Source of the DNA: Pecten maximus
Lineage: Eukaryota
Direction of reading: 5' to 3'
NCBI RefSeq assembly: GCF_902652985.1
Contig: NC_047018.1
Coordinates: 34,286,001 to 34,350,000 of the forward strand
DNA length: 64,000 nt
Each line of letters opens with the position of its first letter. Positions within the stretch are counted from its first letter, which is position 1. The notes beneath the pieces are model-generated. The model saw nothing but the letters and a program-made list of their open reading frames with translations, had not been told where the DNA came from and did not search any database. Positions 38,317-50,938 of the stretch are shown here, piece after piece. The position numbers and the translations under genes were made by a program.

Positions 38317-40115
38317 TTAGGTCATCTGACCCGAAGGGTCAGGATGACCTATAGTCATCATGCTTCGTCCGTCGTCGTGCGCCGTCCGCCGTCCGCCGTG
38401 CGCCGTGCGCCGTCCGCCGTGCGTAAACTTTTCACATTTCAAACTTCTTCTCAAGTTCCATCAGTGGGATTGAGTTGAAACTTGCCTGAAATGATGCTGG
38501 GATGGTCCTGACCAAGTGTTGTTATTTTTCGGGTCAGTCTGAAATCCAAGATGGCCGCCACATCCGCCATTTTGAAAACACATTTGAAACTTCTTCTCAA
38601 GTTCCACTGGTGAGATTGAGCTGAAACTTGCCTGAAAGTATCCTGGGATGGTCCTGAGGAAGTGTTGTTATTTTTCAGGTCGGTCAGAAATCCAAGATGG
38701 CCGCCATGGCAACCATCTTGAAAAACACATTTTAAACTTCTTCTCCAGTTCCACTGGTGCCATTGACCTGGAAATTAGTGAGGATGTTAAGGAAGGAGAG
38801 CCAACAAAGTGTTGTTATTTTTTGGCCCCGTAAAAACTTCGACATGGCAGCCATGGCGGCCATTTTGTAAAATGATTGCGCAATCATGGTTCTTCTAAAC
38901 AACACCTATTTAAAACTTCTTCTCAAATTCCACCAGTGGGATTCAGCTCTTACTTACCAGAAATGATCCTGAGATGGTCCTGAGGAAGTGTTGTTATTTT
39001 TCGGGTCGGTCAGAAATCCAAGATGGCCGCCATGGCAACCATCTTGAAAAACACATTTTAAACTTCTTCTCCCGTTCCACTGGTTCCATTGAGCTGGAAA
39101 TTGGTGAGGATGTTAAGGAAGGAAAGCCAACAAAGTGTTGTTATTTTGCGACCCCGTAAAAACTTTGACATGGCAGCCATGGCGGCCATTTTGAAAAGTG
39201 ATTGCGCAATCATGGTTCTTCTAAACAACACCTATTTAAAACTTCTTCTCAAATTCCATCAGTGGGATTGAGCTGCAACTTGCCTGAAATGATGCTGGGA
39301 TGGTCCTGACCAAGTGTTGTTATTTTTCGGGTCGGTCAGAAATCCAAGATGGCCGCCATGGCAACCATGTTGAAAAACACATTTTAAACTTCTTCTCCAG
39401 TTCCACTGGTGCCATTGAGCTGGAAATTGGTGAGGATGTTAAGGAAGGAAAGCCAACAAAGTGTTGTTATTTTTCGACCCCGTAAAAACTTTGACATGGC
39501 AGCCACGGCGGCCATTTTGTAAAGTGATTGCGCAATCATGGTTCTTCTAAACAACACCTATTTAAAACTTCTTCTCAAATTCCATCAGTGGGATTGAGCT
39601 GCAACTTGCCTGAAATGATGCTGGGATGGTCCTGACCAAGTGTTGTTATTTTTCGGGTCGGTCCGAAATCCAAGATGGCCTCCATAGCCGCCATCTTGAA
39701 AAACACATTTAAACTTCTTCTCCAGTTCCACTGGTGCCATTGAGGTGGAAATTGGTGAGGATGTTAAGGAAGGAGGGCCAACAAAGTGTTGTTAATTTTT
39801 CGGCCTCGTAAAAACTTTGACATGGCAGCAATGGCGGCCATTTTGTAACATGATTACGCAATCATGGTTTTCCTGAACAACACCTATTTCAAACTTCTTC
39901 TCAAATTCCACCGGTGGGATTCAGCTGTAACTTACCAGAAATTATCCTTAGATGGTCCAGACCAAGTGTTATTATTTATTGGGTCGGTCAGAAATCCAAG
40001 ATGGCCACCATGGCCAACAGTGCCACTATATACTTGCTACAGAGAATGCATACTACAATAATATAAGGGTTTTAATTTAGAGTCAGATGACCGTTAAGGC
40101 CCCTGGGCCTCTTGT
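38317..40115 (+). mobile_element. Non-autonomous Helentron-type element, family 2, with a 326-bp (147+179) higher-order repeat
   Basis: 5' TTAGGTCATCTGACCCGAAGGGTCAGGATGACC, CCGT microsatellite, 3' GTCAGATGACC and AGGCCCCTGGGCCT hairpin. ORF starts recur at 38648, 38974 and 39300. Confidence 0.88.
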
Positions 40116-40681
40116 ATGGTTATGAGTTAATTAATGTCTCAAAACTAGTCATAATCCCATCTCACAGAAAATAGAGCAAAAAGACACACACCTTTCTATA
40201 TTTCTGTATGTATAATCAAAGCAAAGTTTTTAAACTGATTTAGTTGTGGAATTTAATAGCCATTCTCTTATATCATAATGCATCACAATTTCATTCAACA
40301 CAATGTTGTATATATATATCCCTAGACAATTATGTTTTGTTTTTTTCTTTTTTATATTTTAAATACATACTGTTTTTATGAAAAATTATTTTTATGATCA
40401 GTTCCTCATTATTTTAGTATTATTGGTATTAAAATCGTTTGTCATCAGAGTTCTACTGAATGGACATCTTTATTTAATGTATAATATGTTTTGTCATGTT
40501 AATCCAGTTGTGATTATTTTGAGTTGGGCATCTCAAACTTGATCTTACCAGTGGTGTGGATCATAAATGTGATCATCAGACTTTATAACACATTTAATCA
40601 TTTGTGTTATGACACTGATATCAATGTAGTTACTAGTATATTATAAATACAAATTATGACTCTACCAAATCTTTAAATAGC

Positions 40682-40864
40682 TGGCTCCATTTTCATCAAC
40701 ATTCCTGAACTTAATGAAATTACTTAACTTAAATTTTCCATAGGAATGCATTACAGAATTTAAAGGGAAAATCTAAGTTAAGGAATCCTCCTTAAACTCT
40801 CTGAGGTTTTCCTATAATGGGAACTTTTAAGTTACCGGGTAAGGAATATTGATGAAATTGGCCA
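40682..40864. mobile_element. Small MITE
   Basis: Imperfect TIRs TGGCTCCATTTTCATCAACATTCCT / AGGAATATTGATGAAATTGGCCA. A similar, more decayed copy lies at ~50175-50420. Confidence 0.55.
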
Positions 40865-42494
40865 CTGATTGGCGATAAGACTGAAAAAATACCTTTTGAA
40901 CATGGCACATTCCAGTTGTATTATGTCGGAGAAAAAAGACTTTTTATTATATTAGTACAGTATATTAAGTTAATGTCCATTGTTTCATTTTCCATCATAA
41001 CTATTATACACACTGTTCATTGTCTACTTTTCCTTAAATGATAATTTTATGTTTCTAGTTCCTTGTTAAATTAGGAGGCAAACCACTGTAAACCTCCGAT
41101 GAATTGTGCCAGTAAAATATTGTTATTTTAAATGAGATTTTGTAGGGATATTAAACTTTTACCTCTGTATGATGTAAAATGTAAATTTTCCATGACAATG
41201 ACTACTTGATATTGAGGTTCTCTGATTTTATTGTTAGTATGTGCCACTTTCTATATATATATATGTATGCCAATAATTGAGATTATGAACAAATTTAACT
41301 GTATAAGGTATTTGAAGTGATTATAACTGTAAATTTCATGTTCATTAAACAGTGATTTCTTATGAATAGTGAAATGGGTATACGATATAATGATATACAA
41401 GTCTATACCCTAAAAAATGTTCTATGAATATATGTTTGTGCGTTTTTAAAACACCCTTTACCTCGTTTTATGTTAGTAAACAATGCTACACGGAAAAAGC
41501 CAAATGAAGTCATGTGAGTGCGAGGGACAAGTTCGTTTACAAAACACTTTGAAATTTGTAATGAAGGGAAAGTCATAGTTTTATGATTTTCCAACTGATT
41601 ACAGTTAATGTCACTTTTGATATTGTTTTAACTTCAGTACACCTAAAGAATATTTTTTGTATTAAATTCTGAATCCGTGCAATATTTCTAATGCCTACAT
41701 GTTTGTGAAAGTACCACTTTCACAAAATGTGTTTAATAACTGTACTGTAACAGACTAATTTCAGGTCATTGAATATTAATTTCAATGTTAACCAGGTAAA
41801 TTGTTTTAATTCAAAGATCTGAAGCAAAAATTGATTTCAAAAATAATATGGTGTTCTTTTTTTTCATTTGGTTAATTGCAAACAAAAGAAATGTTTTAGC
41901 TTCATTTTATTTAGTTGCTTCAGAAATTGTGTTCATTGTTTTAATTCAAACTACCCAAAACTGATTGTCATTATTGAAAGATATGTTGTCCTTAAAATAT
42001 TTGCAGAAATACAATATTTTTCTTAAAGCAAATGAGTGACTGTGATAAATGAATTGTAATATGTTTATTAAATGATGGTTTTAATCTATTTTATACGATA
42101 AATAAAAATACCAGGTATTGCCAAATCTTGTTGTTTTCTGCTGTAGTTATTGTATTTTCTGTGTAGACATTGTCTAGACAAATGTTGACGTGTCATCTGT
42201 ACATGTATTAAGTATGAAATGTTGACACTGTGCCCCTATCATTGGTTAACAATGAATTATGACGTCAGTATTTTCTCTGTAGACAAATGTTGACATTTTT
42301 TCCCTCTATAATTGTTTAACAATAAATGGCAACAACAATATTTTGTCTTTAGATGAATATTGACATTTGTCCTCTAATTGTTTGACGATGATAAAAATTA
42401 ATAGTTTTTTTGTAAACAAATGTTGATATTGTATCTTCTATAATTGTAATGATGAATGACGACATTAATATTTCCTTTGTATAAAAGGTGTATA

Positions 42495-42907
42495 AATCAG
42501 GTGATTTGCACAACTTCTGACAAGAGACAATGTTTTCATATGGTTTTCATAGTGTATTCATGATCATATGTTTGTTGTTTTCACTTAGTATGTTCATATC
42601 AGCAAACCACATTAGGAATGTAAACTTACAGATGTACAAGACAGATGGAGAGGAAAAATATAGCCCCCTCTCCCCCTCCAGCAAGTTTCACCAATAGGGC
42701 AATATATAATTACTTTTACATACTTTCATTTTCACTGGGTCAGATATGGTTAACATTTTCAAAGGAAATGTAATATAATGAACTATATTTACATTCCTAA
42801 TGTGGTTTGCTGATATGAACATACCAAGTGAAACCAACAAACATATGACCATGAATACACTATGAAAACCGTATGAAAACATTGCCTCTCGTGCAAATCA
42901 CCTGATT
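42495..42907. mobile_element. MITE with ~125-bp inverted arms
   Basis: 42495-42623 is the reverse complement of ~42788-42907 (AATCAGGTGATTTGCAC ... GTGCAAATCACCTGATT). Confidence 0.8.
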
Positions 42908-43185
42908 AATCGGGTCATATTAATACGCCATTGACAGTAAGACAGGAAGAGTAGCTTCTTAAAAATATTGAATGATTGTATTTAATATTATTTTTACTTT
43001 AATACTTCTTTCTTTTTGTTTTATACAAAATTAAACAAAAAAGACCGGAAAATGCGGAACGACATTAAAACAATGGCGTGGTGCATAGGCGGGATCTCCC
43101 GGCTGTTCTAATAATTTGGCGTTTCATCGTATACTTGACAAATTTTTCTTTTTAATAAAATTTCTCGTTTTCTCGATATAAATTT

Positions 43186-45020
43186 TTAGGTCATCTGACC
43201 CGAAGGGTCAGGATGACCTATAGTCATCATGCTTCGTCCGTCGTCGTGCGCCGTCCGCCGTGCGCCGTGCGTCGTGCGTAAACTTTTCACATTTCAAACT
43301 TCTTCTCAAGTTCCACCAGTGGGATTGAGCTGAAACTTGCCTGAAATGATCCTGAGATGGTCCTGACCAAGTGTTGTTATTTTTCGTGTAGGTCCGAAAT
43401 CCAAGATGGCCGCCATAGCCGCCATTTTGAAAACACATTTTAAACTTCTTCTCATGTTCCACCAGTGCTATTGAGCTGAAACTTGCCTGAAATGATCCTG
43501 AGATGGTCCTGACCAAGTGTTGTTATTTTTCGGGTCGGTCCGAAATCCAAGATGGCCGCCATAGCCGCCATCTTGAAAAACACATTTTAAACTTCTTCTC
43601 AAGTTCCACCAGTGCTATTGGGCTGAAATTTGCCTGAAATGATCCTGATATGATGCCGACCAAGTGTTGTTATTTTTCGAGTCTGTCCAAAATCCAAGAT
43701 GGCCGCCATAGCCGCCATCTTGAAAAAACACATTTTAAACTTCTTCTCCAGTTCCACCAGTGCTATTGGGCTGAAACTTGCCTGAAATGATCCTGATATG
43801 ATGCCGACCAAGTGTTGTTATTTTTCGAGTCGGTCCAAAATCCAAGATGGCCGCCGTGGCCGCCATCTTGAAAAACACATTTTAAACTTCTTCTCCAGTT
43901 CCACCAGTGCTATTAAACTGAAACTTGCCTGAAATGATCCTGATATGATCCTGACAAAGTGTTGTTATTTTTCGGGTCAGTCCGAAATCCAAGATGGCCG
44001 CCATAGCCGCCATCTTGAAAAACACATTTTAAACTTCTTCTCCAGTTCCACCAGTGCTATTGGGCTGAAACTTGCCTGAAATGATCCTGATATGATGCCG
44101 ACCAAGTGTTGTTATTTTTTGGGTTGGTCTGAAATCCAAGATGGCCGCCATAGCCTCCATCTTGAAAAACACATTTTAAACTTCTTCAGTTCCACCAGTT
44201 CTATTGAGCTGAAACTTGCCAGAAATGATCCTGAAATGGTCCTGACCAAGTGTTGTTATTTTTTGGGTTGGTCTGAAATCCAAGATGGCCGCCATAGCCG
44301 CCATCTTGAAAAACACATTTTAAACTTCTTCTCCAGTTCCACCAGTGCTATTAAGCTGAAACTTGCCTGAAATGATCCTGATATGATCCCGACCAAGTGT
44401 TGTTATTTTTTGGGTTGGTCTGAAATCCAAGATGGCCGCCATATCCGCCATCTTGAAAAACACATTTTAAACTTCTTCTCCAGTTCCACCAGTGCTATTG
44501 GGCTGAAACTTGCCTGAAATGATCCTGAGATGATGCCGACCAAGTGTTGTTATTTTTCGGCTTGGTCTGAAATACAAGATGGCCACCATAGCAACCATCT
44601 TGAAAAAACATTTTAAACTTCTTCTCCATTTCCACTGGTGCCATTGAGTTGGAAATTGGTGAGGATTTTAAGGAAGGAGTGCCAACAAAGTGTTAATATT
44701 TTTCCGCCTTGTAAAATCATTGACTTGGCAGCCATGGTGGCCATTTGTAACATGATTGTGCAATCATGGTTTTCCTGAACAATGCCTATTTTAAACTTCT
44801 TCTCAAATTCCCCCAATGGAATTCAGCTGTAACTGTAACCAGAAATGATCCTGAGATGGTCCTTACCAAGTGTTGTTATTTATTGGGTCGGTCAGAAATC
44901 CAAGATGGCCACCATGGCAAACGGCGCCACTATATACTTGCTACAGAGAATACATACTACAATTATATCAGGTTTTTAATTTAGAGTCAGATGACCGTTA
45001 AGGCCCCTGGGCCTCTTGTT
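43186..45020 (+). mobile_element. Non-autonomous Helentron-type element, family 2, with a ~147-bp monomer array
   Basis: Same termini as 38317-40115; about 9 consecutive 147-bp units, then one longer unit. Confidence 0.88.
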
Positions 45021-45038
45021 AAAATCAAGGTTATGTAA

Positions 45039-45150
45039 ATATATGAATTGAATAGATTTTTTAAATTTTCATTGCGGCTATGAATACCAGTAGCTAGCTA
45101 CTGGTATTCATAGCCGCAATAAAAATTTTAAAAATCTATTCAATCCATAT
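45039..45150. repeat. Near-perfect ~110-bp palindrome
   Basis: ...ATTGCGGCTATGAATACCAGTAGC TA GCTACTGGTATTCATAGCCGCAAT..., with arms extending to ~55 bp with few mismatches. Confidence 0.9.
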
Positions 45151-45239
45151 ATGAATTTCAGAGCTTTGATACAGTTATATAATGAAGACTTCTAGCTCTT
45201 ATTGCAGTTAAATTTGGTGTCGGTTCTTTAATTAGAACA

Positions 45240-45877
45240 AACATATGAGATGACCTATTGCAATCACCTTTAGCTCTGCATTGTGCTTTGTGTTATAAAC
45301 AATTAACATTTCATTTTCAATAACCAAAAGAACCAGTCATGATATTCGGTCAGTAGCATATATATGCTGGGATGAAGGGCTAACCAAAGTTGCTCAAATG
45401 AATGACTTTCAAGGTCATAGGTGTCAGGGTGTGTAAAAATCATTAAAAGGACTTCTTCTAAATAACCAAGAGGAATAATATTCGGCCAGCTGCATGTTCG
45501 GATAAGAAGCTTTCAAATTCAAATGTTCAAATGACTTATTTTCAAGGTCACGGTGGTTAAATACTGATATGTTTAAAACGTGGAACCAATAGGCCCAGAG
45601 TCCTGATAAGTCTCATGCTAAATTTTCTTTCAAGATGACAGGTGAAATGTGTTAAAATCTTTAAAACATCTTTTAGTTCTTAATAACCAGGCAGTCCAGG
45701 GCCATGATATTGGGGCATGCTTGGATTACAGATTGAAAAGATTTTTCAGTTGAATTACATTGACTAAGGGTCAAATGTGTAACATTCTTAATTCAAATTA
45801 GAAAAAGAAAAAAACAACTTCAACTATCAGTATGTATTTTAGAACTTTGGTGACTGTTAAGGCCCATAACCCTCTTG
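45240..45877 (+). mobile_element. Degenerate Helentron-type element related to the 145-bp satellite family
   Basis: Remnants of CAATAACCAA, GCTGGGATGAAGGGCTA, CAAATGAATGAC, CAAGGTCA; 3' GGTGACTGTTAAGGCCCA...CCTCTTG. Confidence 0.6.
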
Positions 45878-48219
45878 TCTTCGATTGAGTTTTCTGTTTA
45901 CCCTGTATATATTCACCATTCCCATGTACAATACTTGGTTATGACCAGTCATCCGGAATTTCATTCATGTAGCTTGATATTTTTTCTTAACAAGCAAGAC
46001 ACCTTAGAGGAAAAAACACAGAAAAACTACTTAACATCACTTATGATTTTAATAACACAAAAAATATATTATATGGCTCATTAATATTACTAGTGTATTA
46101 TATGTGCAGTTTTGGATACTAATTCATAATCATACATTACCATTATATGCATTAACTGTAAGCAACACACATGTACATTTCATGTTAAAAAAAAGTATAC
46201 AGTGCTGAAAATTATATTACTGGGGTATTGTTCTCTCAGACCGGTAAATTCATAGTAGTATATGCTGGTGATTTGATTATATGAGTAAACCAGGTAGTCT
46301 GGATATTGTAAATTAATTACGTATCCTAAATAATTTCCCATCTCTACCAGAGGTGTCATTCCTTTCACTCACTGTGAATGTAGCAGAGCACAAGGAATCC
46401 TGGGAGAGATTGGATAATTTCATTATTGTATGTATAGTTGTTGAATTTCACGGGGCTAATATTTTGCAGTTGTCCCAGTCAGAATTATAGTCGGTGGTTA
46501 TTAAATTTTTCACAACATTACCTTCTAAAAATTCGTCAGTAAACACACCATCACACAATTAAATCCCCATCTTCACCCCCATTCCTACCCCAAAATATTA
46601 CAAACTATAGTACTGCTGATAATTTCATTATTGTATGACAGATAAGTATTATTGTATACGTCCTGCATGTAATTTTCACACCTGTGTCAATTTCACAGTA
46701 ATATAGAACAGTACACACAACCACAAACTGTTAATATAGTGAAGTAACTCTACCAGTTACCAAACAAACCTTAAACTATGTGAAATACTTTAAAAATCAA
46801 TGTCAAAATCAACACAGTGAATTCACAAACCAGTATACAACATTAAAACACGACAGAAAAACATCTGTGTGTAGTCTAATATGTAAGAATTGATCTAGGC
46901 CAGCATATTAATGCTTGCAGTTGGACAAGACTTGGCTTTTTGATTCTTATAGCCGTAATATCAAATGAGTTGCTAATAAATATGTCTTACTTCTGGAGGG
47001 ACTAGGAGTTTCTTATGAGTAAATCAAGAATTTCATGTTGGTTTTATCATTTCACAATTATGAACCTATCTTTAAACATTTTAAAATTTTACAATAATTG
47101 GGAAAGAAGTTACATTTATAATAATTACTCTTGTTTGCCAGGATGGAAGCATGTGAGGGATCTTAGTTGTGGGAAGAAACAAGAGTACTCAGGGGGGGAA
47201 ACCAACATGGTCAGACAGGTGACCACAAGTATGGTCAGGTAGGTGACCACAAGTATGAAACAAGTTACATTGTCTATATATATACGCATCACTGTTGCTG
47301 GCTCAGATCGAACATGTTGAGGGTCTTGATGGGGAGTAAACAGGGGTACCCACAGAAATCACAGGAAAAAAATGAGAACCACCGCCATTCCTACATGCAT
47401 GGAGAAATTCATTTAAAGGGGAAAAATATAATCCCACAGGGAAACCAATTCATATAAGTATATTTTTAGGTTACCATTGTATCTGGTTGTTTGTTCATTT
47501 TTTATTTGAAAATATCGAATAATTAAAAAAAATGTGAATACAGTTCATTAATTAGTATACTAGATACACAGGCTGGGTTTCATATGCTTGAAATTCACTT
47601 TAGGAATACCTTTTTATGATGTCACTTAAATTTCTTCACAACAAATATTCTATGCTGAAATGGAATAAAATAACAAAGAAGGAATGATATAAAAAATTAA
47701 GTTTGGAGACAGATTTTTCAGAGGTATTCTTTAAAAAAAATGGAACATCATATATAATTTACAAGTTACACAATCTGGAATGACAATCAGATAAAATACA
47801 AATCATCATTGTAACATTGTGTATAGTGATGATCAGTTGGTATTTTAATCAGATTTCAATTTGCTAGAATGAAAGGTATAAACTACAAAAATGTATATGT
47901 CCCCGGCTGTAAATCAGGAAAGGGAAAAATAAAAACTACAATTCAAAATTTCTACTTATACCTAAAACAAAAATGGCATTGGTGTAAGCATAACAAAATG
48001 TCATAATGTTTACATATATATCAACTGTAAACAACGTGTGGTTGCTAGGTAGAGGTACTTTATAAGTCCTGTATTTTGAGATGTTCCACTGTTCTGAGGA
48101 CAGCATACCTAGTATGCTGAAACATGTAAACCTGTTGAAGATCTACCAACAGGTGATGTCTGGTCTTCTGTGCTCAATGTATATATATATCTAAGCATAG
48201 GGTGTTAAATAATGTTAAA

Positions 48220-48440
48220 TAGGGTGTGACCAAGTGGTTAAGGTGTCTCAACACTTTATCACTAGCCCTCCACCTCTGGGTCATGAGTTTGAAACCCACG
48301 TGGGACAGTTGCCTGGTACTGACCGTAGGCCGGTGGTTTTTCTCCGGGTACTCTGACTTTCCTCCACCTCCAAAACCAGGCATGTCCTTAAATGGCCCTG
48401 GCTGTTAATAGGACGTTAACCAAAATAAACCAAACCAAAG
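48220..48440 (+). mobile_element. tRNA-derived SINE with a V-domain-like core
   Basis: A box TGACCAAGTGG, B box GAGTTTGAAACC, core GGTTTTTCTCCGGGTACTCTGACTTTCCTCCACC, tail GGACGTTAA(CCAAA)n. Confidence 0.75.
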
Positions 48441-50938
48441 TTAAATAACTTAGGATATGAACTTTGGATTTGGATATTCATGTACCACACACTTTCAACA
48501 CACCTTTTTATAAAGCTGTTGTATTTAATATCTAGGGTAGGATGGGTCCTCATACAATGGTATTGATACCCATTAAAGAATATTTTCCATGTAATAATTA
48601 AAACTCTCATAAGGCAAAATGAAAAAAAACAAAAAAAACTATAATTTTACATCTCACGATATAGTTTTACAACAGTTTCTGATCATGATTATACAGTCCA
48701 ACAGTTAGCGTGTCTAATAATCTAAAATCACAATGTTATGTATATAAAAACAGATTCACATGTGATAGCAAACCCTTCATTGATACCTTGTGGGGGCAGT
48801 AACAAGTCATATAGGTTTGAATAAGTTCTGTACACATACGTATTGTACACATACATACTGTTCACATAGTTACTGTAGGTACATTTATAGGTTTGGGTCA
48901 CACAGCATATCGTCAATAACATGTTGGAATGCTTAGAAGTTACTCCAGAAATATAAATATACTAACATAACACATGTATTCCTCAGTGATATGTTCTAAA
49001 TGAAAACCCTTCATCTGTACTTTTTGGAATTGAAGTACCAATTCATAAGGATTTAAACCATGAATATACAATTCACAACAATTTAAATATCTCTCCATCT
49101 GTTGATCTTAACAATATGTAATGAAGCAATAATTTAAATACAACACCATTTATCGATCTTAACAATATGTAGAGACATAACAAAGCAGAAGCATTATTTT
49201 ATGGCTGCAATAAAAATATAAAGATGAATCAAAAACTGAATTCATATATATTGATAAATGTAGAAGTCTAGTGGGTTATAAAGTAAAGTGTATTTCATAG
49301 TATCGGTACACACAAGATAAAATTATAAAATATATATATATAGTATGTAGATATTAAAAGGGACTCTAACAAAGAGACAAGGTTATTGAGCAGGATCTAC
49401 AGTATCTCGGAATATCTTAATCACAGACACAAGCTTCATGTAAAGTTATACTACAGAATATTCTATGCTTGTCTGTGGTATTATTCGTAGAGTTGTATAT
49501 TGAAGTAGATATGTAGTATAAAACATTTTTGTATATTAAAGTAGATATGTAGCATAAACATTTTTTGTATATTGAAGTAGATAATATGTAGTGTAAAATA
49601 TTTTTGTTATGCTGTAACAATACTAATACTTCCATTCTAAATAATTTTACAAAGAAATTTGATTAAAAAATTCCATATTATTTTTAAAAGATATAAATAC
49701 AATAATCTAATCATGCAGGACTCAGAGATAGACATATACAAACTTTGATAGTATTGGTATTGAAATAAATAAAAATACCATTATAATTGAGCATATATTT
49801 TTAAAAGTAGTTCTTAATTACACATAAAATATAAACCATCTATCAGTTAGTAGTTCTACGTTAGAAGACTATCTGTTGCCTTACAGCAATGAAGGTTCAC
49901 TGTGTACAGAATATATGCTGACATTACTGAAAAAGTGCTACATGCATATATACTAATTAATTGAATCTAAAAGGGGAACATTAATCACAACAAAATAGGG
50001 ACTGGTTTCCTTGTCTTGTCTACCAGTTTCACCTGAACATTGGCCTTGAAGGACAATGGAACCCACCTTTCGCCACTAATCATCTGGCATTGGCTCTGCC
50101 CGAGGACTTTATAGACTAATCAAATAAATGGTACAATTTGAATGACAGACCCTGTTTAAATATGATACAGGTGTACCCTAGTTTCAACAAAATTTCTTAC
50201 ATTATGAAAATTCTTTCATAGCTTAAAATTTTCTGTAGGAAACATTCCTGCAGAATTTAAGGGAAAATTCTATAACATGTTCCTATGAGAACATTTAAGA
50301 TAAGGAACATCCATAAAACTTGGGAAACATGGAACAACTCAACAAAGAGTTAAAATCACAGAAATTTTACTTCATGTGAAAACATGTGGAATTCATTAAA
50401 ATAAGGAATTTATGAAAACTCACTATCAGATTTATAGAATCTGGAAACACATTTGAATCATATCTAGTAAACTTCAAGCCTCTTTTAATTTTGCAGTTGT
50501 ATAACTATAATTCCTAACATGAATGTATTACACTGTTGTACAATAAACAACACTAGCTATACAATAAATATCAAACTAATATGTTCATTTCTAAAATAAA
50601 TCTGTCATTGAATAAATATGTTAACAAATAAATAACCAGAGAAAAAAAAACAATATAGAATATCAAATAAGAATAATCATGTTACCCATTGTTCTGGAAT
50701 GTCATTGGGAAAAAAAAGTAAGATTCATATTTTGATTTTATTTGATATTATCTACCGGGTAAAAGTTTTGTTTATATTTTTGTAATAAGTGTGTCTTTGT
50801 AAAAAGAAAGACAGCAAACTCAGTTAAAAATTCCATAAAGCTAGCCTTTCCATCAAAAGTAAGTTTGTTACTGAATTCACTTAAAGTTCACAGTTAAAAT
50901 GACAAATTATAAATCACCCATATTGAAATATTAAAAAT

